NCBI GenBank assembly: GCA_009602725.1 | Contig: WELB01000018.1 | Coordinates: 239,802-303,801 of the forward strand | From: Spirogloea muscicola | Lineage: Eukaryota | Direction of reading: 5' to 3' | DNA length: 64,000 nt | Shown here: in pieces, positions 13,170-23,625 of the stretch | Position numbering within the stretch: position 1 is the first letter of the stretch | Layout of the letters: each line of letters starts with the position of its first letter | Translations under genes and position numbers: made by a program | Notes under the pieces: generated by a model | Database searches by the model: none | What the model was told of the DNA's origin: nothing | What the model saw: only the letters and a program-made list of their open reading frames with translations

Positions 13170-13714
13170 GTTGCTGACTCATCCTGTGCCTGCAGGGACT
13201 TTGCAGGCGGCTGGACCGGCATTCAGTTGCACCGCCGATTCCTGAACTCAAGCAAAGAGCACTGCCGCTCTCCCAGGTATGTTTGCACGCGTTGTGTCGA
13301 CAGTGTGCAAGCTTTGCGAGCGTGCCAAGTCATGCCCGCCCGTCCGTTGCTGAGCCAACTTGTGGCTGGATGGATTTTGCAGCTGGACCGGCCTTCAGTT
13401 GCACCGCCGATTCCTGAACTCACGCAAAGAGCGCTGTCGCTCTCCCAGGTATGTTTGCACGCGTTGTGTCGACAGTGTGCAAGCTTTGCGGGCGTGCCGA
13501 GTCATGCCCGCCCGTCCGTTGCAGCCAACTTGTGGCTGGATGGATTTTGCAGGCGGCTGGACCGGCGTTCAACTGCACCGCCGATTCCTGAACTCAAGCA
13601 AAGAGCACTGCCAATCTCCCAGGTACTATTGCACGCATTGTGTCGACAATTTGCATGCCAAGTCATGCCCGCCGTCCGTTGCTGAGCCAACTTGTGGCTG
13701 GATGGATTTTGCAG
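13170..13714 (+). repeat. Tandem ~162-176 bp repeat (3+ units), each with a splice acceptor, mini-exon and donor
   Basis: TTTGCAG acceptors end at 13206, 13382, 13552 and 13714; CCCAG|GTA donors at 13277, 13449 and 13623. Confidence 0.85.
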
Positions 13715-15535
13715 GTACTGTGTTTCAGCCTCAACTGGCGACTCCTACCTTGGCAACAAGTCCGTGGCTTGCCCTGGGTCCTCCTTCATCAACGAACTCA
13801 ACGCCCTCATGCCCGCCCAAGAAGTCAGCATCTCGTTGTGGCAATTCAATCAAAGCCAAGCGGATCAACCTTGGGACCTTCGACGAGGTTGTAGAGGAAG
13901 TCAAGGCGCCGTGGAGCAAGGACTGGACTGTCACGCTCATTCTGGCGAAGCAAAGCCACGATCGTAATCATGACAACAAGGCACATGTCCAAGGTATGTA
14001 GTGTCTATGCGCTAATGCAATGCTCTTGAAAGTCCGAGTGTGATCTTAGAAGCTTCCCATGCCGAGCTTATGCTATGGAGGATCTGTCTCTTTAAAGGGG
14101 GTGCTTGTATCACCTTGACTTATCTTGTGTTGTGTGCTCAGTGTGTACTGTGTCTTGCCGATGTTGTCATCTACTTTGCACCATGTTATGTACTGTGTGG
14201 CTCTTGAGTGTGCTCTTGGTCTGTGTATCCTATGTATTGTGGATTGTGATGCAGAGATCTGTCAATTGGTGACAGGGTCTCAAGACAAAATGTAGGTCTC
14301 CATCGCCAATCACATCACCGCCGCGCACCCCACTTTCCTCAAGGATCCACAGGCATGCAGGCAAAAGCGGAAGCGACTACTTGCCCAATACAAGACCGAG
14401 TTCGCACTGAAGAATACATCCGGTGAAGGTACAAGAGAGGAGTGGGAGTACTTTAATCTCATCCATGAAGATATGGGACGCCGTCCTGTGATGGAATGCA
14501 AGTATCATGCAGATGCATCGGGCAGCCAAGAGCTACCCAGTGTCACATTCGAGAGTGGCCAGACAAAGAGCAGGAGTCCCAAGCACAACGACCAGCCAAC
14601 CAACCCAGAAGCTCCGTCGGCTCAGGAGAAGGATCTTCTGGGTTGGTTGGCTGGTCGTTGTGCTTGGGACTCCTGCTCTTTGTCTGGCCACTCTCGAATG
14701 TGACACTGGGTAGCTCTTGGCTGCCCGATGCATCTGGATAATACTTGCATTCCATCACAGGACGGCGTCCCATATCTTCATGGATGAGATTGAAGCACTC
14801 CCACTCCTCTCTTGCACCTTCACCGGATGTATTCTTCAGTGCGAACTCGGTCTTGTATTGGGCAAGTAGTCGCTTCCATTTTTGCCTGCATGCCTGTGGA
14901 TCCTTGAGGAAAGTGGGGTGCTCGGCGGTGATGTGATTGGCGATGGAGACCCACATTTTGTCTTGAGACCCTGTCACCAATTGACAGATCTCTGCATCAC
15001 AATCCACAATACATAGGATACACAGACCAAGAGCACACTCAAGAGCCACACAGTACATAACATGGTGCAAAGTAGATGACAACATCGGCAAGACACAGTA
15101 CACACTGAGCACATAACACAAGATAAGTCAAGGTGATACAAGGACCCCCTTCAAAGAGACAGATCCTCCATAGCATAAGCTCGGCATGGGAAGCTTCTAA
15201 GATCACACTTGGACTTTCAAGAGCATTGCATTAGCGCATAGACACTACATACCTTGGACATGTGCCTTGTTGTCATGATTACGATCGTGGCTTTGCTTCG
15301 CCAGAATGAGCGGGACAGTCCAGTCCTTGCTCCACGGCGCCTTGACTTCCTCTACAACCTCGTCGAAGGTCCCAAGGTTGATCCGCTTGGCTTTGATTGC
15401 ATTGCCACAACGAGAAGCTGACTTCTTGGGCGGGCATGAGGGCGTTGAGATCGTTGATGAAGGAGGACCCAGGGCAAGCCACGGACTTGTTGCCAAGGTA
15501 GGAGTCGCTAGTTGAGGCTGAGACACAGTACCTGC
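13711..15535. repeat. Long inverted repeat: two 901-bp arms with a 23-bp spacer
   Basis: 13711-14611 is the reverse complement of 14635-15535; about 19 substitutions by eye and no indels. Confidence 0.97.
13715..14611 (+). pseudogene. Inverted copy of trihelix gene exons 2-3 with a nonsense codon
   Basis: Same exons and intron as the right arm, but the Trp codon TGG is TAG at 14293-14295. Confidence 0.8.
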
Positions 15536-15883
15536 GGGCCATGGCGGCAAAGTCAGGGCTGATTGTGCACCTTGAAGAGGGAGCTTTGTGGAATCGTTGC
15601 AATGGCTGATGGCCCCTTGTGTACAAGCTTGGATGGGGGGGATGTGAACGACACACAATTGGTGCTGGAGGAAGCCAAAAGACACACATGTCGGTTGTTG
15701 CAGATTCACAAGCGGAGATGGTGCCGAAGAGATTACCAGAGCGCGTGCAGGACCTTGCGCAATGATGGTCGCCGGCAGAGGCAGCGCAACGCCTTTCTCG
15801 GGCGAGGGTTGAGGAGATGACCCCGAGCTGACCAGGTCGTCGTCCCCGCCTGCACCCGAGCACCAAGGCAGGCGCATCGCCAT
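14543..15883 (-). CDS. Trihelix / Myb-SANT-like (GT-1-type) DNA-binding domain protein; last exon runs through the palindrome centre
   Basis: Spliced peptide APWSKDWTVPLILAK...G|SQDKMWVSIANHI...QACRQKWKRLLAQYK...EEWECFNLIHEDMG has trihelix Trp spacing; donor after 15253, exon 3 from 14970; probable ATG 15883. Could be the Myb partner ORF of a DNA transposon rather than a host transcription factor. Confidence 0.7.
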
Positions 15884-16004
15884 GGCTTCCCCGCCTCCTG
15901 CTGCGCGGGGGAGCTCGGCCCGGGGAGGGTGGCCAGGCGGGGGATGCCAGGCGGGGGAGCGCACAGGCGGGGGAGCGCAGAGAGGGCAGGCGGGCGAGGA
16001 GCCC

Positions 16005-16282
16005 TCTTGACTGACGACATCTTGGCCTCGGCTGGCCATGTGGATCGCGAGGAAGGCTGTGCGACAAGAGCGACGGGGAGACCAGCCTCAGCGCTCGACA
16101 GCGGCGGCAGCGGTGGCGGCGGCGCGTTGCAGCGGCAGGATGGCGTGCAATCTCAGATTGGGATCCCAGCCGGTCGATACAAAGGGTCGCGGCCGGCCCA
16201 GATAGGCCAGTGTGACCGCTAGGTACCGCTAGGCCAAATGTGACCATGCAAGAATCTGACGTTTTGGCATCTCCTTTCAACA
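16005..16282 (-). repeat. 3' LTR (278 bp)
   Basis: Direct repeat of 21242-21520 with 3 substitutions and 1 indel by eye; termini TGTTGA...TCAAGA; purine-rich tract GGCAGGTGAGAG immediately upstream. Confidence 0.95.
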
Positions 16283-19200
16283 CTCTCACCTGCCAAATGT
16301 CAGATTCTGCAGCGATATGACTACTCTAAGCCAGCTCTGATGTTTTGAGTACTGAAGCATGCAAGCTCATCCACACACATGCGAACCCACAAGAGAGACA
16401 TGGCCATGAGAGGGGGATTCTTACCCTCCATCTCAGGCACTTCACATACACTGTGTTCACCCCTTTTGGGTATTTGAGGACTGAACTAGCCCCATGCCTC
16501 TGACACAGAACATGTGCTTGTCACGCGACACTGCCTTCGTCAAGCAGTCTGCTACCATTTCTGGGTCGGCGCAGAGCTTGAACTGCACCACACCATCATC
16601 TACTAGCTCACGCACCTTGTGCAATTTGATATCAAAGTGTTTTGTGCGGGCATGATGGACTGGATTGCGAATGAGCGCCAGACTGCTAGTGCTGTCAGTG
16701 TAGATTGTGGTAGGATTGACCTGTGCTTGCAGAAGCTCTGCTAGCAGTCTTCTCACCCACACGGCTTCACAGGCTGCGCTGAAAGCGGCAGTGTACTCCG
16801 CTTCGCAGGTAGATGTCGCTACTGCTGGTTGCAATTTTGACATCCATGAGATGGCTCCTCCTGCCAGAACGAACACGTATCCCGACGTCGATCGACACTT
16901 CTCCTCTCCTGCAAGATCGGCATCCACAAATGCATACGTGCTGAATGTTTGTTCGATATGCAATTTGCTACCCTCCAGGGACGCAGCAGAGCATGATCCA
17001 GAGAACGAAGACGACCTGCGCAAGCCCTTATCAACAGTTGCCTGAGACTGTGACAGAGGGGCCTGGTTGTTGGCGGCCACGATGGAGGCAAGAACGACGG
17101 CCTCCTGCGCCGAGTACTCCAAGCACCAGTCCAATGAATGCTGGACATAGCGCAGAAGGCGTTTGACTGCCTCCCAGTGCTTTGGGCCAGCATTCTGCTG
17201 ATGCTGAGCTAGCTTGTGGACGGCCAGCGCCAAGTCAGGCCTGGTGCCCATGGCTGCATACATGATGCAGCCTACTGCTTCTCTGTACGGCACTCCCTGC
17301 ATGAGGTTCTTCTCTCGCTGACTCTGGGGGTTGTCTTCTTCGGTGAATTTGAACTTTACTTCCAGAGGCGTAGAGACCGGCCTGCAGTCCTCCATGTGGA
17401 ATCTTTGGAGCACTCCCTTGAGGTACTGCTGCTGCCCCAATCACAACTTCCTCTGCTGCCTGTCCCTGGTCACCTGAAACCCCAACAGGTAAGCAACCTC
17501 CCCCATGTCCTTCATCTCAAACTCTCTTGACAGCATTTCCTTCACCTCCTGCAGCCTTGTCATGGACTTGCTGAGCAGCAGAAGGTCGTCCACATACACC
17601 GACACAATGACCTCTTGCCCCTGACCACCGGGTAGCATGTACAGGCTTTCATTGTTGTTGCTTCTCTTGAATCCCGCTTCCTGCAATGCTGCATCGAGTC
17701 GCGTGTTCCAAGCTCTCGGCGCTTGTTTCAATCCATACAAACTCTTCTTCAGCTTGCACACGTGATTGGGAAACTCTGTCGATCTGTACCCCTCGGGTTG
17801 TTCCATGTACACTTCTTCCTGCAAGCTGCCATTGAGAAATGCTGTCTTTACGTCCATCTGGTGTATATGGTAGTCTTCCGCTGCTCCTATGGCCAACAGA
17901 GTTCTGATTGTTGCAAACTTGGCTACTGGGGCAAAAGTCTCGTCATAGTCCAGACCCGCTATCTGGCTGTACCCTTTCGCCACTAGTCTTGCCTTGTATT
18001 TTCAACATTCCCTTGCGCGTCACGCTTAACCTTCAGCACCCACTTACAGCCCACCACCTTTCTTCCCTTCGGTAACTGAATTAACTCCCATGTCTCATTT
18101 TTCTCTATCGACTGTATTTCATCACTAGCAGCCTTCTCCCATTGTGCCGCTTCAGAACTTGCCCTTGCCTCCGCAAGCGTGCGGGGCTCCTGAGGCTCGT
18201 CTACCGCTGCATACAGACTCTGAAAGACTGCAGCCTTTCCACCTATCCTAGCTGATCTCCTGGGTCCTTCCATCGTCTGTGACTCTTCTTCCAAGAGTTC
18301 TGGCTGCTGAGGCTCCGTCACCGGACTCTGCATTTCTCCTACCGTCTCTTGCACCTCGTCCACCACTTCTTGGTCCTCTGGCACCTCTATCACTTCTTGC
18401 TGCTGGACTGGCTCCTGAACTCCCACCGTGGCTGGCACATCCATCACTTCTTGCTGCTGGACTGGCTGCTGAACTCCGACTGGCTGCTGAACTCCCACCG
18501 TTACTGGCACCTCCATCACCTCTTGCTGCTGGACTGGCTCCTGAACTCCCACCGTTGCTGGCACCTCCATCACCTCTTGCTGCTGGACTGGCTGCTGAAC
18601 TCCCATCGTCGCGTTAGAGAACATTGGCTGCACAATTGCAGGCCAACCAGCCACCCACATCTGCTGCTGGTCTGGATCGTTGACTCGAGCAGGTCTCCCC
18701 TTCTCCTGCTCAACAGATATTACATCTCGGCTGACAATCACCTTTTGTAGGATAGGGTTCCAAAGCTTATACCCCTTTTGCTGACGCCCCCAGCCAAGGA
18801 AGGTACACTTGACACTCTTCGCCTCGAGCTTGTTGCGCAGCTCCGCGGGGATGTGGGCATAGGCAACACAGCCAAATTCTCTCATCTCACTGACGTCCGG
18901 CTTCACCCCCGACCAAGCCTCCTCTGCCGTCACCCCAGCGACACCTGTCGTGGTACAGCGGTTGTGCATGTACACTGCCGCCTCCAGAGCGTACGGCCAC
19001 CACTACTCTGGCACCTCCATGGTCAGACACATTGTACGCACCTTCTCCAAGAGCGTTCTGTTGAGACGCTCGGCAACTCCATTTTGCTCGGGAGTGTACG
19101 GCGTTGTTAGCTGATGTACAATACCCCTGCCCTCCAACTCTTGCATGAAGCGCCGCGAAAGGTGCTCTCCGCCATTGTCACTTCGAAGCACGCCAACTCT

Positions 19201-20545
19201 GCTCTCTGCTTCTCGTTCTACCATTGGGCGGAACCGTTGAAATGCGTCCAGGACCGCCGCCTTGGTGTGCAGCAGGTACACCCACACCTTCTTTGTAAAG
19301 TCGTCGGTGAAGCTGACGAAGTACCTCTCCCCATTTACCCCCTCCACTGGCGCAGGCCCCCACACATCACTGTGGATGACATGAAGTTTGTGTTTAGCCC
19401 TATTGTCAGACTGGGGAAAAGGCAAGCAGTGTTGCTTCCCTAGCAGACACCCATGACAGACGCCCAGTTTCTCGCCATCCTGAAAGTTCATTCCTGTCAC
19501 AGTCCCTTCCCTTTCAACTTCTTCAGGCCTTGTTCATGGAGATGTCCCAGCCTCCTGTGCCATCTCATCAGGCTATTCTCCCTGTGCTCCTCTACCACTG
19601 TTGGAGATGTATCGCGAACAGTGAATGCAGATATATTCACCGGATGCATGCCCCTTCGGGATTTGTGGAGCGTGGTCACCTGGGGGGTCCCCTCGCATCT
19701 CAGGGGTAGAGTCGATAGCGCTTGTGCCCGACTCGTCTCTCGGGCGGGAGGCGATAGGTCCTCATGTTGAAGGACGCGCTCCCCGACAAGTTGAATCTGA
19801 GAATCAAGAAGGCTGAGATGCGACTTAGGCGCAGCAGAACCAATCATAGACCCATCCCTTGGTTTGTGGAACGTGGTCACCTCAGTTGTCCCCTCGCATC
19901 TCAGGGGTGAAGGCGATAACGCTTGTGCCCAACTCGTCTCTTGGGCGGGAGGCGATAGGTCCTCATGTTGAAGGATCCACAGATCGTCTTCTTCCACGCC
20001 AATCGCCCCAATTTCGCCTGTCATGCGGTCTTTGACAAATAGAATTTCATCAAAAACTTCCACCATGTTGCCTAGCCTTGTCACCCGCTTCAGCGAGAAG
20101 AGATTGACAGCCATGTCTGGCACAAAGAGCACCTCTTGTAGCCGCCCGCTCTACCTTCTTGTTCCCAACCAGCATTACAAGGTCTACACTTCCCTTGCCT
20201 TGTACAGGGAGGGTGTACCCATCGCCAAAACGGATGTGGCCTCCTGCTGCAACGAGATCACTCACCCACGCCTTATTGTGAGTAATATGCATGGTTGCGC
20301 CACTGTCCATTACCCACCGCCGCGACTCTCTCCTATCCATGGTCACCTGTGTGGTCACACAGTACGTCTGAGACCCTGGAGGTGTGTTTCTACTTCTCCT
20401 GCTGTGTACGCAGTCCCTCGCCCAATGCCCTTGCTTGCCGCAGTAGTTACAGACGTCCTGCCTTCTTTGGACTCTCTGTGTACTTGGCTGCTGCTGCCAC
20501 TGCTGCTGCTGTTGCTGCCAGGGCTGCTGCTGCTGCTGCTGCCAG

Positions 20546-20604
<59 letters not shown>

Positions 20605-21230
20605 GCGCACATAGAGAGCATTATCTTCTACCAAGGACTCTCTACGGTCCCACTGTCTCTGGAGGTCCTCAACACCCTGCAGCCGCTCTACGCAATCATC
20701 AAAGGACAGAGGTGGTCTGTAGGTTTGTAGCGTCTCCATTGTCTGGTGGAATCTCGCCGGAATATTGTGGAACAGGTGGGCCAGCAGCATGTCTGGAAAG
20801 ATGACCTGCCCTGCGTCAGTCAACTCCTGCGCCTTGCTACGCATTCTTTGGGCATATGAGGTCACCGACTCTGTGGGTCCCATCGTCATGTTGGCAAAGC
20901 TTCTCAGAAGAATGCTGATGCTTGTCTGTGGAGTCTTCCCGTACTCCTTGCAAATAACATCCCAAGTCTCTGCAGCCGTCTTCTTCCCCACCACCAGCTT
21001 CAGCTGCGCGGAGTTGAGGCTGCATTTTAGAAGGTAATGGCAGTGCGTCTGCCTCCGCCTGTACTTCTCCAGCGCTTCCGAGGCAGCCGCATCGTCGTCC
21101 TGCGGCTGCGGCTCTGTTTCTGTTCCCCGTAGGATGGCCAGCAAACCAAGGTGGTCCATGGCCAGCTCCACCATGTCCTTCCAGATGAGCCAATTTGTAC
21201 CGTCGAACTGTCGCAGGCCCTCGAGGCCTC

Positions 21231-21241
21231 CTCTGATACCA
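21231..21241 (-). other. Primer-binding site for initiator tRNA-Met
   Basis: TGGTATCAGAG directly abutting the 5' LTR. Confidence 0.9.
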
Positions 21242-21520
21242 TCTTGACTGACGACATCTTGGCCTCGGCTGGCCATGTGGATCGCGAGGAAGGCTGTGCG
21301 ACAAGAGCGACGGGGAGACCAGCCTCAGCGCTCGACAGCGGCGGCAGCGGTGGCGGCGGCGCGTTGCAGCGGCAGGATGGCGTGCAATCTCAGATTGGGA
21401 TTCCAGCGGGTCGATACAAAAGGGTCGCGGCCGGCCCAGATAGGCCAGTGTGACCGCTAGGTACCGCTAGGCCAAATGTGGCCATGCAAGAATCTGACGT
21501 TTTGGCATCTCCTTTCAACA
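21242..21520 (-). repeat. 5' LTR (279 bp)
   Basis: Pairs with 16005-16282; followed by the PBS; contains the gag ATG at 21276. Confidence 0.95.
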
Positions 21521-21654
21521 AGCCCCTCCTCCCTCCTCCCTCCTCCCTCCTCATCGAGTTGAATCGACACATTTTGGCGCGCGGGGGCGCGCGCGTGTGC
21601 GTGGCATGCGTCGATTGGCTCCGCCGCCATCTCCGAAAACAGCGTCGCGTACCG

Positions 21655-22128
21655 GGGTCTACCCGACCATCCGGCGGAAGACGAGTTCTTCCCGTTGGCA
21701 ATTGACATCCATGGGGCTCTGGCGCTCGGTGGCTTGAGCTACTTAACCAGCTCGCCCGCCACGCAATCGCCCGTCGCTTCCATGGTGAACCGGTAGACTT
21801 TCCTGCAGCCAGGTCGCTGGCGCAAGTGTATCGCATGCGCTTGGCCGTCTCGCTGCAGAGGTCCATGGCCCGTGCGCTGCACCTTCGTGCCGGGAGAGCC
21901 CTCGCTGCTGCCTCTGGCTCTGTCCAGGGGACCCACTTCCAGACCCTAGCCTCTCTGATTTGCGGCTGCTTAGCAGGGGTTACTGAGTAATTTGTAGCTG
22001 CTTTCTTTCTTTGTGTGCTTTGGTTTCTTAGCGCTTCCTCTGGCTTCCTCTGGCCCCCTTCTCGTTCTTTGTTCATTCTTTTTTGGGCTGGCTTGTCCAG
22101 CCCCTATCCTCAATGGGCGAGCCCTTTC
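21655..22128 (+). mobile_element. 5'-truncated CRE-like LINE, subfamily A
   Basis: DHPAEDEFFPLAIDIHGAL...YRMRLAVSLQRSMARALHLRAG...SLSDLRLLSRGY* followed by the 3' UTR and terminal motif; close to 31214-31588 and 47428-47935. Confidence 0.9.
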
Positions 22129-22339
22129 AATTCAAGTACGAAATCCGCGCCCACCGCACGCAAACGGCGAGTCACGGTGTCAAACGGGGGGCCAGAGTGG
22201 CAAACGGTGGGCCGCGTCATCGCTTCACGTGCGCTGGCGTGGAGGGGTGGGTGACCGGCGCGCGACCTCCAGTGAAACGGGTCTTTTCCACTCAGCGCGC
22301 GACACCTCAGCTCGACCTCGACCTCGACCTCGTCCCCGA

Positions 22340-23625
22340 CCGCCGTGGGAACACTACGTTATTCTGACTTGCACTTGGTGAACACCAACTTGCTGACGTC
22401 TTGGAGACTAGTAGCCTGCTTTTGGCGCATCCGGCCCCTTCAGGCCTTGCAAATTCCTGTGAGTTGGCCTCTCCCTGCCATTGCCATTAGATGGAAGAGC
22501 GCTTTCCTTGTTGCTGTAGCCCTTTCATGTAGCCGTACTTTTTGCACTAGTTTCTGCTTGAACAATGTTTTTGGCTTGAATTGGCCTACTTATGTTCCAT
22601 GCTCACCGCGCATCCTCCTACTTGCTGACACGAGGCAAAAGAAGTGTGTATCGGGGGACGGAGGGCCTGAGTGGCCAAGTACAAAGAGGGCTTTAGGGTC
22701 TACGACGGGCTCACTCTGTAGGCACTTGGTGTTGGCATTACACCCGCCCTTGAATAGCGGCAGACTTCCTGCCCCGAGCGGGCTTCAGCGGGGTTGCTCT
22801 TCTGCCCTTCAAATTCTTTGTCAACTATTTTCGGGCTGGCTTTCCACAGCCCTTGCCCCCATTGGAAGAGCCACTTCTTCTTCCCCCTCAGCTCGTCTGA
22901 CTTCCTACTGCTGATCTCTGTTCATCCATTTTCTTGGGCTTGGCCTCCCAGCCACCGCCCTATCCTGGAAGCGTCTTCCCCTCTGTTGCTGACGAGGATA
23001 TGACCAAGAGCGCCCTGTCTGCCTAGCCCGTGGCTCCGCTACGTAGTCGAAGAAAGGGCTCGCCCATAGAGAGAAGGCGCGCGGGGCGCATGAATTGAAA
23101 GGGAGGCCAATTCAAGCCAATACATTGTTCAGGCAGAGTCGAGTGCAGACTAAACAATGCTACATAATACGGAGACCTAATCTAAGGTACCTAAGATGAC
23201 ATTAGTACCCACGGGTGAGCACAAACAAATCTGACAAGCTAACTTGGGGAGCTGGAGCGCCGCCACGAAAGCCGGAGGCCTGACTTAGAGCGCGCCCTGC
23301 ACGTTGATGAAGAGCCCATAGAGAAGAGGGGCTGGCAAAGCCAGCCCAAAAAGAATGGACAATGTCCAGCGTAGTCATGCACGTAGTCACCGCATACACA
23401 GTCTGTATGCACGGGCTGGTTTTACAGCCGCTCTTCAAACTATCGGCAGCCCCAGTCTCCGTGAGAGAGCGGACTCTGCGGGGCCGGTGGGGGGATTGGC
23501 CAGCTCCGACGGCGCCATGGCGGCGACGCCCCGTCACCCCGCCTGACGGGGACATGGCGGCGTCGGCCCGCCACCCCACCTGACGGGGAACGGCAGTGGC
23601 TGTGAGGCCAGCCCGAAGGAGTGTA
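22340..23625. mobile_element. Cluster of CRE-like relics, including a subfamily-B copy (23073-23313, -) nested inside an A-type 3' motif
   Basis: B-like 3' UTR at ~22540-22620 (+); motifs at ~22825-22885 and ~22930-22980 (+), 23049-23365 (-) and ~23595-23620 (-); ORF end VSLSDLFVLTRGY* at 23202; TSD GCCCATAGAGA at 23062-23072 and 23314-23324. Confidence 0.82.

Larger units (their letters stand above)
16005..21520 (-). mobile_element. Full-length Ty1/copia LTR retrotransposon (gag-PR-IN-RT-RH), disrupted by 3 frameshifts and 2 stops
   Basis: Gag FDGTNWLIWK and CNYCGKQGHWARDC, protease WVMDSGAT, integrase CHGCLLGK / DVWGP / SDNGGE / QNGVAER, RT HQMDVKTAFLNG / YVDD, RNase H DADLAG; IN before RT is the copia order; TSD AGCCC at 16000-16004 and 21521-21525. 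Confidence 0.97.

Noticed and set aside
11710..13251. Long ORFs (350-510 aa) in the ORF track
   Set aside because: They are long only because they cross the N gap.
13170..13714. CRISPR-like array
   Set aside because: The units are wholly repeated with no unique spacers, and the context is eukaryotic with no cas genes.
20295..20804. Poly-Ala, poly-Leu and poly-Ser ORFs
   Set aside because: Alternative frames and strands of the (CAG)n tract in copia gag.
22085..22128. HDV-like ribozyme in the CRE 3' motif (P3-like stem with a TCCTCAA loop followed by CGAGCCC)
   Set aside because: No GG for P1.1, no P4, catalytic C or P2 3' strand follow; the sequence runs straight into the tail, and other subfamilies lack the loop.
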